Translations under genes and position numbers: made by a program
Source: Microbotryum violaceum
Taxonomy: Eukaryota
DNA length: 64,000 nucleotides
Assembly (NCBI GenBank): GCA_001244265.2
Contig: CDLV01000008.1
Span: 1,550,001 to 1,614,000 of the forward strand
Reading direction: 5' to 3'
The notes under the pieces: model-generated
The model's database searches: none
The model's input: the letters and a program-made list of their open reading frames with translations, nothing else
What the model was told of the DNA's origin: nothing
Shown: positions 40,264 through 51,721 of the stretch, one piece after another
Layout: every line of letters begins with the position of its first letter
Numbering within the stretch: position 1 is the stretch's first letter

Positions 40264-43200
40264 CTGCACAATAAAGTCGGGCCGCCGGCCCCAAGTCGAG
40301 TGAACCATGTCCGACGTACCGGGCCAGATGACGACACGACGGGTCGAGTGTTCCCGACAAGTTTACCGTACAGTCGCGCTCCGCGCACTGACTGGGCTTA
40401 CCTCGACTGCAGGGGATCGTGACGGCGGATCGGGTGTGACCCGCTACACTGGTTCCAAGAAGTAGATGCAAGGTCGCTAGGGGGCGGAAGGTGTGATGAC
40501 CAGCAGGAAGCAGAGCCGACACGAACGAAGGACCGTCGGTCTGAGACGTTGAAAGCTCGATGGGCTCTAAGGCACACGCACCGAGCCGATGAGACGGACG
40601 GTCGGTGATTTTTCTCCGGCAGTCCGGCGTGCAATATCAAGGCACGCCGCGACAACCTATTTGATGCCCCTCCCACCTACCTTGGCAGTCCGAGCAACCA
40701 TATTTTATGATTCTCTGTCAGTCTGTGCGCGGCATTCTCACACATCCCGAGCCCTCCCGCCCTTTCTCGACCCCGCTCCCTAACGTTAGCGTGCCGCGCT
40801 ATCCTTCGCATTCCTCGTCTCACGCGAGTTTCGACTTTTTGGACTCTGTCCCGCTGTTTCATCAGTATCGTCCATACACCTCGTAGCACAAACTTCCCCC
40901 TAGCAAGGTGGTTCGGTTTTATTAACAGATCGACACGTCGTCCTCTGCTGTGTACAGTCTCAGCAAATCAGACAGGCGGTCGTCTCAATCTGGCATCTCA
41001 AACTTAAATACTCAACAGGCCACCTCAGTTTGCCGACGGATAAAATTATGGGTACCTGTTAGCTTGATAAAGAGGGGTCGTAACTCGCTAGAACCGTACT
41101 GTAAATGTGGGCCAAATTCCGCCCTTTTTGCCGGTAGAAATGCAGCGGACTACCTTCAATTGAGAAGCCAGGGAGATCGCCCACACGATTGTCTCAAAAT
41201 TGACGAAACGTGGGAATTGCGTCGGAGAAAGGCTCGGTCAACAATGACTACTGACATTGTTGACACATTGCTGACACATTGTTGACATAAGGGTCTGAAA
41301 AGTTATGTTAACAATTTCAACAATTTAGTGGCTGGTGCCGAGGAAAAAATGTTCGCTACAGAGCCAAATCCGGTCAGAAAAAGGTACAGAGCTCCGCTTG
41401 CCGCAATCGTTTCGACCCCAGAGTTCGAATTCGGGAAAAGCGAAGCTTCCGGGAGAGCTATAAGTAACTGGTGTACCGCGTTCCAGTTGCCATCTATAGA
41501 GCTCACCCCGATACAGCGTCGGTCACGTGGACGCTTGAAGATGACATGGGATTGTCATGACTTCTTTATACCGAACTTCAGGACTACTATGTATATTGCA
41601 ACGTTATGCTATGCTTCGCTGCCACTGCGCTGTTCCACGTACTTGACATTGTTAACATATTTCAGCAGCTTTTTGGGTTTCTTGACATTATGCCATCCTT
41701 TAGGGGTTGTTGACGTTGTGGAAAACCTCGGGTCTCAGCAGTGAAATTCTTGACATGGACCTTGCGACCGGCGGTAATTGTTGCCATGGCCAAGCGATTG
41801 TCGACCCAGCCCTCCTTCGGAGTTTTCGTCAAGCTCGACCCGACCGGACTAGGCGGACTCCGGGGTTGAAACCTAACGGGGGTGAGACGGGTGAGACTTT
41901 AAGTACATACTATGGATGAGTGTGGGGAATATCAAGATCTGCCTCGGATTGCAGTTCATTGCGTCAGGGACAACAAGTTTGCGGACCATGGGCAGTAGCC
42001 TCTGCTGCTGGTGAGGCGGCGCTGTATGAATTTGGCGTTTAGGAGCGCCTGCCATTGAGAATCTACACCGTTGACACATGGCACAGTTTGCTATAACAGA
42101 AAGCGGTGAGGGATTTAGTAGCTGAACACTGAGGTACCTCACATTTACACACCTCGGTCCGTGAGTGGTCACTTGCGTGGGCTCTACGTAGATATGTGAT
42201 CCGACCGAGGTCAGTCGTATGCCACCGGCTGATCTAGATCAGAACCCATGAATAAGTACTTTTTAGGAAGCTGTGTCGTGTCCAGGTGGGCAGATAATAG
42301 GTATCTACGACGAGCTAGCACACGCCCACTTTTTTTCGCTTTCATCTTCTAAAGTCGAGAACCAGTGGTCATAGATCCGATATACCCGGCGTGTTTCCGT
42401 AGATCCGAAACGAGCCGACGATTAAGGACTCCGAAAGGAAAATCGACACTCCTTTGTGCTCTGACCTGCGAGTCAATAAATGCACCAGTGCTGGCCTTAT
42501 GTCAGTGATCAGTGCGAGAAGGATCAAGTCACGTCCAGGCTGCTGTAAATCTGGAGTCGGGAGCCTGATTTTCTCCGAGAAAAGGCTGAGAAAGTGCCGA
42601 AGGCAGCACGAGTCCTGGCAGCACGCGCGCTTCACCCCGCATCTCCGAGTGCTCGTGGCTCGTTGCGAGGCAAGAAGGGCCCGCGTCACTTAAATATTCA
42701 TAGCCTAGCCATAAAAATGCAGCAAAGACAAAGTCCCATCGGGATTGGTCCTAAGCCGTCAGGCTGTGGCGAAGTCGAAGTGGATTACGATTAGGCCGAC
42801 GCGCGGTGATCGGTGAGCGCGCCGCCCGAACCGCCGTTCAAGCTAAGAAGCGAGGCTCTGCGAACTGCATGCCGATTGTTGCTGTGCGCGCCGACCAGCG
42901 TTAAATCATAGCTATGTAAAAGCTCGCTTTCATGCCAGCGCGTGGATCGGACAGTAGTCGCGTCCACTTCCGCATTGATCAGAGTCAATCAGTCAATTTC
43001 GGTTACTCGTTGCTACCCACGCCTTGTGAACGGAATTCAGGGGCCCCGCCGCCCCCCCCCCCCCGACCCTCATGGTCTTGTGAAGTCTGTCATGATTTTG
43101 ACGAGCACCAAGGAAGCAGCCATCAGGGATATAATCAACTCCGCGTGGTAAGCAACAGCAATACAGGTTTTATTCAATGCAGCAAAGGCCTCTATTAAGC

Positions 43201-43649
43201 TCTCGCACACTTAATCTTTTGAAGATTTCTTCCGACTAAGATGGTCTTGTCTCTGGAAGCGAGCCTAGAGGTACGACTCCCTTCTGCTTTGCGCGTTCTA
43301 GAGTTTCAGATAATGCCGTGACTACCAACCCTGAACAATGCATGTCTATGTCACAAGTGGGCGGCACGACTTGGATTCGCTTCTTTCTCAGGTCACGTGC
43401 GCGCTCAGTACGGCTCTGTGGGGTAAGGGGTAACCGGCAACCGGTGGCGCCCGTCTCTCGCGCTTGCTCTGCACCCCGTCGCGTGTCCGCCAGTCTAGCA
43501 CTGTCTAGCAAGCCAACGCGAGCTCACCTATCGCCGAGCGTCTAATCCGCTCAGCTCATCGCCTTTATGCACTTCAAGGCTCCGCGCTCGTGATTGCAAC
43601 CGCACCGCAGCATCCTCCCCGCCTGCTTTGAACGCAGCTGAGTTTCACC

Positions 43650-46600
43650 ATGGCTCCGCGCTTCTTCGCCTCGCCTTACAAGAATGCTGTCGCCCAAGTA
43701 GGCAAAGTGAGTCGGGCTTCACTCTGCTTATCGGCTGTGAATCGTCAGGGCTGACGCTACATCGTCCTGCGTTCAACGTCTGGAAGATTGATACGTGGTG
43801 GTCCGAACTTCCTGTCTCGATCGCCGCGGCTTCGGACAGTGCCGATCTCATCAAGACGTGCTCAGAGTACTGGCTCGCTCAAGGGAAAACATCCGGTGAG
43901 AGCCACGTCGGTGCAAGCGTCGCACACTGCAACCAGCGGGTTCGGCTGCCCAGCGAGGACGGCCCCGAAATCGCTGCCTTCACCTCCTGACTGGTCTGAT
44001 CTGCCCACGTTCTGGACCACAGGCTCTCTTGTGTGCTTACCCTACGACCAGCCGGGAAAACTCAATCAGCGCGCACCAAGCCTTCAAGTCACCCCTCGCG
44101 GGATCACCGACTTCGACCTTTCCCGCTTCGACGACTTGCTCGCTGCCGGTACCGACAATGGCCAGGTGAGTTCCCGCCCTGAGCGATTCGCACTATCGCA
44201 GCAACTTTTCCCGCTGAAACTGGTTTTTTTCTGGACGCGCAGATATTTGTACACCATCTGCCTGGGTGGGACGAATTCGGCGATGGATCAGGATCTGCCC
44301 TTGCTCCGCAACCGGCACTTTCGGTGACTCATCCGACGGGTCGCAATATCGATGCACTGTCGTTTCACCCGACGACATCGGGCTTGTTGTTGGCCGGATC
44401 CGGCTCTGTTGTGGCCATATACGATATTCAAGGCCAGTCCGCAACTCCGGTCTTCACTCTGGAGCAGCCCAAGTCGGTGTGGTCGGCCAAGTGGAGCTCG
44501 GACGGACGAACTATCACCACGACCGGCAAGGACGGTATCTTGAGAGTCTTCGACGTCCGAGACAAGACGGGCAAGAGCTCAGCGGACACAAACGTCCATG
44601 CCGGTCTCAAATGCTCCAGGCATGTGTGGCTCGACGATGATCGAATCTTCACGACGGGCTTCAACCGCATGCGCGAGCGCGAGTTCGCCCTCCACGACGC
44701 CAGATCACTCGGCACACCGATCAAGTCACAACGTCTGGACAACAACATGGGCGCGCTGATACCCATACTGGACAGTTCGCGCAATATTGTCTACCTCGCT
44801 GGGAAGGGCGACATGACGTTGCATTGGGTCGAAGTCGGTGGGCCGGCCACGTTCACCGCCGGAGCCTCGCCCCTCCCGGTCGCCATCGCATCGGCCGCGC
44901 TTGTCCCACCGTCGAGACTGAACCTCATGAAGGCCGAGATCAATCGTTTGGTAATCTTGAGCGACGACGCAGTACTTCCGGTCCCAATCGAGGTTCCCCG
45001 CCGACAGTACATTGATTTCCACCAAGACTTATTTCCGCCGGTCGCCGCGCGCGTTCCAGCTCAGGATGCTCGAGCCTGGCGAAAGGGTGGCGACACCGCA
45101 ATCAAGTTGGAAACGCCGAACCCCAATCACCAAAATCATTTCAATCGACCAAAAAATGTCGCGGAAGCTCCCGCTTCAACACCGGTTTCGGCCGAGCAAT
45201 CGCGTGCGGAGCAAGAACCCGTCGCGGATAAGACGGAAATCTCGGTGTCAGCAGAGTCCGATTTTCCAACCCTTACTTTGGAGCCACGAGCTCAAACTAC
45301 ACCCCGACCGCGACCGCCTTCACTCGCGGCTGAGTCCTCGCTAACCGCCAGCCCACCTAGGTCGAAAGCGACGACGACAACCTCATCGCGCCCCACGTTT
45401 GGCCAGACTCGGTCCACTGCGCCGGTTGCGTCCCTCACGCCCGCGCTTGACACGCTGAAAAATGATTTAGAGCAGAAAGTGCAGGATGCTACAGGTCAAT
45501 CACCGACACCATCACATGCGCCCACGGGGACCGAGCAATCAAAGCTAAAGCCGGCGCAAGTCGAGCATGCCGGGGCGAAGGCCTCGCCTGCGGAGAAGCC
45601 CGCGAAGGTCAAATGGAGTCGCGCGTACCTGCTGGGGAAAACATCTATGAAACCAACTTATCACGATGTCCACGGGCTGAATGCGACCGTGAGCGCAGAT
45701 ACACAGATGCTGAAGGTGAGTTTTCGACGGGTGGTCTCAAGGGCTTTAGCCTCCCAGTTGACCATAGGAATACTTGCTTCTCGCGTAGGCCAACTCGCTC
45801 TATATGTTTTTCCCCTTGTCTGGCGCTGGAGGACGTCTTGGGGTCCACCCTCTAGCAACCTCAGGCCGGCTACCGACCGACATGCCGTCTTTAGTTTGTG
45901 GGGCGCCGATCATCAGCTTCGAGCTAGATCCTTTCGATCCGAGACGCGTGTTCATCGCGAGCGATGATTCTAAGATTCGTGTTTTTGAGCTTCCAGAAGG
46001 TGGACTCGAAGCAGATTGTGGCGAAATAGCCACCGTCCTTCAAGGTAAGCAGGCCCGCCTTATGACTCCGATTGAGTATTGCTAGACCTTCGTTTGTGCG
46101 CTGCATAGATCCTGGGCTGGATCGAATTGTCGAGCTTAAACACCACCCGACCGCGAGGAATACCCTGCTCTCAATTTCGGACAATCACGGCCACCCCAGC
46201 GCGCGTATTTGGGACCACTCTGCGGGCAGCATCTTGACGTCCGTGGCACTTCCGAAGGGCGGGGTAAGTAGAGTGAATGGCGCTCCCTTGAGTGCATCGG
46301 ATAGCTCACTCTAAGCCGCGACTTTCAGGTGTCCTCGGCAGCTTGGTCGCCTGATGGTTCCCGATTGGCGCTCGCGACAAAGACTCAAACCCTTCTCGTT
46401 CTCGATCCGCGATCCCCAAGCTCGATGATGACGACCGCGGCGCACGATTCGATCCGACCTGTGCGAGTCTGCTGGACCGACGATTCGCATCTGCTCTCGA
46501 CAGGCTTCTCGCGCTCCGCCTCTCGCGAGATCATCCTCTACTCGATCGCGGATGGAGCACTCTCTGTTGTGGGCAAACAGATGTTGGACGTCTCGCCCGC

Positions 46601-47329
46601 ACCTCTGTTCCCGCATGTCGATCTCGACACAAATGTCGTCTTCCTCTACTCGCGTGGCGATCGCTCCTGCCACGCGTACGAGATCCAACCCGCGCAAAAA
46701 CCGTCGCTCTTTACCAAGCTACCTTCGTTTGAAACAACGACCCTGCAGAACGGGTACGCGTTCATGCCCAAGCGGATGAGCGATGTCAAAATCGTGGAAA
46801 TCGCCCGCGCTCTGCGCTTGACGGCTTCGACGATCGAGGTCGTGACGTTCACCATTCCAAGGAGCAAGACCGAGTACTTCCAGGACGACATATTTATTCC
46901 CACGAGGGATGTTGAGACGCCATCTTTGAATGCACAAGAATGGATACAAGGGCGTGATGTGCTGTCGAAGCGACTGGACCTCCATCCCGAAGGCATGAAG
47001 CCGCTGTCGGAAGCGCCCCCTGCTGCTGCCAAAGTCAGCACTCGTTCGATGGTACGTTGCAGATCGAGATCGTTATGACCTGTACAATACGAACCCTGAC
47101 AACGATGCTAGGTTCCTCAGATCATGGAAGACGGGATGACTGAAACGCAAAAGACCGACGCTTACATGGATCGACTGTTCCAGGTCAGTACCGGTTCCAC
47201 CGGAATTCGATGGGTGGAATCACTTGGCTGATATGTAACCTCCTTTTTATTTTTAATTAGTCCGCGAAAGAAGGAGGGGATGAAGAGCTCGTGCGATCAA
47301 AGCACACGCCCGTTGATGATGATTGGTAA
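43650..47329 (+). CDS. Tandem (coronin-7/POD-1-like) coronin
   Basis: N-terminus MAPRFFASPYKNAV. Two WD40 propellers, each closed by a coronin C-terminal extension (PIEVPRRQYIDFHQDLFPP and FTIPRSKTEYFQDDIFIPT), separated by a Pro/Ser/Thr linker. Acidic C-terminus ...PVDDDW*. Confidence 0.88.
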
Positions 47330-47515
47330 ACACACATTTTTCCCCGTGGCTTACTCTCCCGTCGCCTCCAAGTCAAGGGCTCGACAAAAAATACTGTTGC
47401 TCTCATAAGTGAATGAATAGAGTATTACAGCTAGATCCGAGTGCCAAAAATACAGAAGTACTGCAAAGAGTAACACGTTCACAGATGTTATCCAGATTCC
47501 TTGATCCCAAACGTA

Positions 47516-49082
47516 TCAGACCTCCGCATGCTCCATGCGCTCCACTTGCTCGCCCAACTTCCGGGCCTGAGTCAAGATGGCACCAAGTGCTTCTTCGATC
47601 TCAAGTGACGATTCCAAGAGGGTTGTCGTCGAGGCCGAAGAGTTGTCGTCGTCTTCCTGATGCCGCCTGCGTCGCTCGGCATGCGACGATAATTTGGCTA
47701 GTGCTTCGGGTGTGAGGCGGACGGGCTCAGAAGTCGGGGTCGAAACGACCGGAGGTTGCGCAGCGACGTCAGATAAAGGGTCGGTGACTTGGGCCGCCTT
47801 TTCGGTCGAAGTAGTAGTTTCGTCGTCTTGCTCGACCTTGGGCTTGTCCTTATTGGATTGAGCTGGTTCGGTTTCGGGTGTAGATGCCGGGGTGGGGGCC
47901 GGAGCATCCTCGGCAATACTGCTTGACTCGGCGTGCGCGCTCTCGGAGGTAGCAGTAGCGACTTCGGTAGGTCGAGCAGCGGCGCCGGTGGCGGTAGTCT
48001 CTTCAGAAGCAGGAATCAGAGACTTGAGGGTTTCGTTGTCATGGTCGTCAACGTCCGAGATCTTCTCATGTTGGTGCTGCGACGAGACCTTCTCCCACGC
48101 CTCGTCACGAGCTTGATCGAGTGTCTTGAGTTCAGCTTCAACATCCTTGACCAAGCTCTTGCGAGCCGACTTGACCGTACGATCGCCACCACTTTGCACC
48201 TCGTCGATCTTGGAGAGCAAATTCACCAAGAAGTCTTCGTAGGCGAGGAAGGAAGCGTTCGAAGACTTGTACGCCAGTTTGGGGGCTACCTCGTTTGAAG
48301 TCGAGTCGGGATGCTCCGATGGGGGAGGCGAAGGTTGAAACTCGAGCGTTTGCGGCACGGCAAACGAGGAGCGACGAGCCTCGAGTTGGGCCGAGAGGCT
48401 TGAGAGTGTTGCGAGGGCCTTGCGACGTTGTAGATGAGCCTGGTAGTGACGCTGTAGCTTCTCTGCCGCCGATTCTTGCTCAGCGGATGCGACCGAATTT
48501 TCCTGGGTAGCCTCGATCCGGACCTCGACCGGGTCGAGAGTTTGAGCGTCGACGGAGGACTCGAAAGGGACTTGAATGTTCTTTTCGGCGTCGACCGTGG
48601 GAGCAGTCGAGGACGACTCCCTCTTGGCCGTCGGTGCTTGAGTCTCGACAGGGGCTTCGGCTTTCCTCTGTTCGTTCGCCTTCATGTCGACGCCAAAGAG
48701 CGACTTGAAAAGTGAACCAAGAACATCCTCGAGAGAATCAACTGGAGCTTCTTGGTCCTTGTTGGCAGAGGCCGCAGCTTTAGGCTCGGTCAAGGCAGGA
48801 GGCTGAGCGACGGGAGCTGAGGCGGCGGGAGGAGCTTTAGTGGCCTCGACCTGCTGCTTGGTCGACTCGGGCGTTTGAGCAGATGGGGCGGAAGAAAGGT
48901 GCTGGTCTTGGTCTCGTTCGACTTCTCCTGAGTCGAAGAGCATGCGGAACAGAGGTGCGAAAGGATGCTGGACCTCGGCCTGATGGTTGCGATGGAGTCC
49001 GGTGAGGTGCTCGAGCGGCTGACGACCACGACGGGCAGGGCAGCCAGGCGGTGTAGTCGAGTCTAACGAGTTGCGAAGGCAG

Positions 49083-49120
<38 letters not shown>

Positions 49121-49693
49121 CTGTTGCATTTGTTGATCCTTTTGGATTGCTTGGCGTCGCTCGATCTCGCGTTTGGCGCGCAGCTTCATCTCTTCTTGCT
49201 GGCGAAGGTGTTCGAGCTGAGCGGCCTGTAGCAAGACATCACATGACGCAAGACTCGAGTCAGTTTCCGCGACATTCGAGATGATTACTAGACAGCGATG
49301 AGCAAGATAAAAGGCCAGAAAACCCACCTGCTGCTCCAATAAAGCCTGATATTTTGCACGCTGCTGCTGCTCCTGCTGGGCGCAGAGGAGGGCTTGCTGA
49401 CGAATCTGCTCCGCCTCTTGTTGACGACGACGAGCGAGCAAGACTGCGGCCTCACGTTGACGACGTTGTTCTTGACCACGGATCAGGGCTTCGAGCTCTT
49501 GTCGGGAGCGGTATTCGTCGTACTCTTCGAACGAGTCAAAGCCGGCGGGCGCTGACGTGGCCAAGGTGGCACCGAAGGGGGAGGAGACGCTGGTCGCCGA
49601 GCGGTGGTGGTGGCCGGGGTCAAACGCGGAGGGCATCGCCGAGAAGGGGACAACTGTCGACTCGAACGTCGCGGGTTGCACAAAGTGGAACAT
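47516..49693 (-). CDS. BAG-domain Hsp70 co-chaperone with polyQ/coiled-coil region and IQ-like motif
   Basis: PKLAYKSSNASFLAYEDFLVNLLSKIDEVQSGGDRTVKSARKSLVKDVEAELKTLD (BAG). AAEKLQRHYQAHLQRRK (IQ-like). Probable in-frame intron 49226-49327. Confidence 0.85.
49086..49118 (-). repeat. (CAG)n microsatellite encoding an 11-Gln tract
   Basis: Read directly as a TGC run on the + strand. Confidence 0.95.
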
Positions 49694-49842
49694 TGTGTAA
49701 AAGAGTTGGTGAATAGTACGAGGCTAATGTTTAGTGTGAATGGTGGAAGTGATGGGAGTGATGGGAAGGAGGAGGAAGAGTTCGCATCGAGAGAAGCGGT
49801 TTTGACGGGCGCGCGGACGAAGCGATGCCCGAGCTTTCTGGC

Positions 49843-49907
49843 TGAAGGTGCCAGAATGCGCTGGAATGCGTTGGAACCCGCTCGAAGCTCGTGGAAGATT
49901 CAGGAAG
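49843..49907. promoter_or_regulatory. Extended heat-shock element (HSF-binding) upstream of the BAG gene
   Basis: GAA at 49844, 49854, 49864, 49874, 49884, 49894 and 49904 (exact 10-bp phase), ending in the perfect GAAgaTTCagGAA. Lies 150-215 bp upstream of the ATG at 49693. Confidence 0.78.
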
Positions 49908-50325
49908 TCGACGTCGCCAGCCCTTTCGACGGCCATCGGGTTCGGTGCATTGCATTGTGACTGGGTCTGTTCAACAACGCTAGTATTCTGACATGAAACT
50001 TGGAACTAGGTACGACCGAATGATATAGAACTGCTACAGAATTTGTTAGTGTATACCTGCGGTGACGAAGCGCGGCAAGGGGATCACGTGATCAGACCCC
50101 TCCGCGCGGAAGAGAAGTTTGACCGTCGTCGCTAATTGTGGGTTCACTTGCTCCAAGATCTGGACCAACGTTTTTGTTGGCGGCATTGCCCTTGTGAGAA
50201 GGTGTGGTTGCTCTGCTCTCCGCGTCGTCACCTCCCCTCCCCAATCCCTCCCCAAACCGCGCTGCTCCCAGCTCATCAACTCTCACCCCAGTGGCCAAAT
50301 TCCTCGCGTCGTCCCTCGACCACCC

Positions 50326-50465
50326 CGCCGGAAACCTCTGCAGGATGTGATTCCTTCCGGAGTCAAGCACTATTCGGCCGCTGTCGAGTCCTTCTCTCCT
50401 GAATCCAACTCGATCAAGACATCTGACGGCTACACGATCTCGTAAGACTAACTGCGGTCGCCGGA
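50326..50465 (+). pseudogene. Isolated fragment resembling sulfide:quinone oxidoreductase (SQR/Hmt2-type FAD-dependent oxidoreductase)
   Basis: RRKPLQDVIPSGVKHYSAAVESFSPESNSIKTSDGYTIS*D*L matches the SQR segment that ends ISYDYLVVAPG. Both Tyr positions are TAA (50443, 50449). The rest of the gene is not recognisable. Confidence 0.65.
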
Positions 50466-51721
50466 CACGTCGCTCTCTGGAATTCCAAAAGAATGGGTGT
50501 GAAGCAGAATCATTATATAGCACAATGAAGAATGGGAGGGGAAGGAGAATAGCCAGGACGGTGGGTGTGAACGGGTGGAGTTGAGGTACAAGCTGGAGCC
50601 GGAGTCGGATACGTCCCGCCCCAACTGTCATGAGCGGTGGTCGAGGTCGAGGTGGTGGTGGTGGGGGGCACGGGATCGTCCCAATCACTTGGCCACCCGG
50701 TGAGGTCGGGTTTCTCGGGAGATGCCACCCTGGGGTTCCTGAACCAACCAACCATAGGCCGAGTGTCGCGGTGCGGTGAGTGGGTGGGTGCTATCGGGCT
50801 GAGCAACGGTGCGAGTGCGAGTCGGCAGGGCGAGTGCGGGAGACGTTGTCGTCAGTCAGACAGGGGGGGGGAGCACCAGACGACGGAGAGAAAAAGGGTG
50901 ACAACAGGGAAGAGCAGGTTAGCAACAGAATGCTGCAAGAACTTGTACATGCCATGCTCACGAGGTGCGTGTCGGGTGAGTGCGCGACGACACGCGTCGA
51001 CGTCACCAGTGTTACCCGGAGCGAAAGGAGGTGAGTGATCAAAGTTGGCTTTGGACGCGTTCCAGCTACTCGTACGTGGCTCGGACCCCTGTTGTGTTTG
51101 GAGCGCTGGAACACCGACGCCGGACGGAGGAATCTTTCAGCCCGATTTTCATGCGAGAAGCAGCCCACGTGGCATCTGATACGCTTGCTCTTATACCTGA
51201 GTGAAAACTATATTCTTCAAAAATCGTTCGAAGATACGGAGAGTCACTATGACCCGGCCCATCAATCACGAGGTCGAATGTAATACCTGCTGGAGTTGGG
51301 AGAGCTGATATGAGCATCAATACTACACTAACAGTTACTATTTTGGTGCTTTAGACGCTGGTATGTATCGATCTACGATATTGGAGCTGTAATTGATGTC
51401 GACTCCGGCGGGGTCGGAAGTGGGAATGCAACTGTATCGGGTCCGATCGGTGCAAAATTCCGGCCGTGGCGAACCGCGAATTGGCCGGCGGCTGCGAGGC
51501 TGCTGGTCAACGGTGTCCCGCCTCTCGATCGAGTTCCTACCCACACCCCACAATAAGCGCTCCCCAGCCCCAAGAAGAAGCAAACATAGTGAGTCTCTTC
51601 GGATTCTCGCCCGTACTTTGCGTCCTACTCCTTGTACCTTTTTTTGAGCTGACAGCATCATGCCCTCCCTCACTGCATGCCCACCCACGCGTCTGCTTGC
51701 CTCCACAGTCCCAAGGCAACC

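Noticed and set aside
41900..43550. Short ORFs in the gap before the coronin gene as transposon remnants
   Set aside because: No transposase, reverse transcriptase or integrase motifs found in the frames I read.
36759..50451. Three in-frame TAA codons at likely Tyr positions (MAPEG 36759; SQR-like 50443 and 50449), suggesting TAA=Tyr recoding
   Set aside because: Intact genes here (4CL-like, RCE1, coronin, H2A, H2B, ACAD) end in TAA at the expected position, and both loci have other lesions. Ordinary TAC/TAT to TAA nonsense mutation is sufficient.
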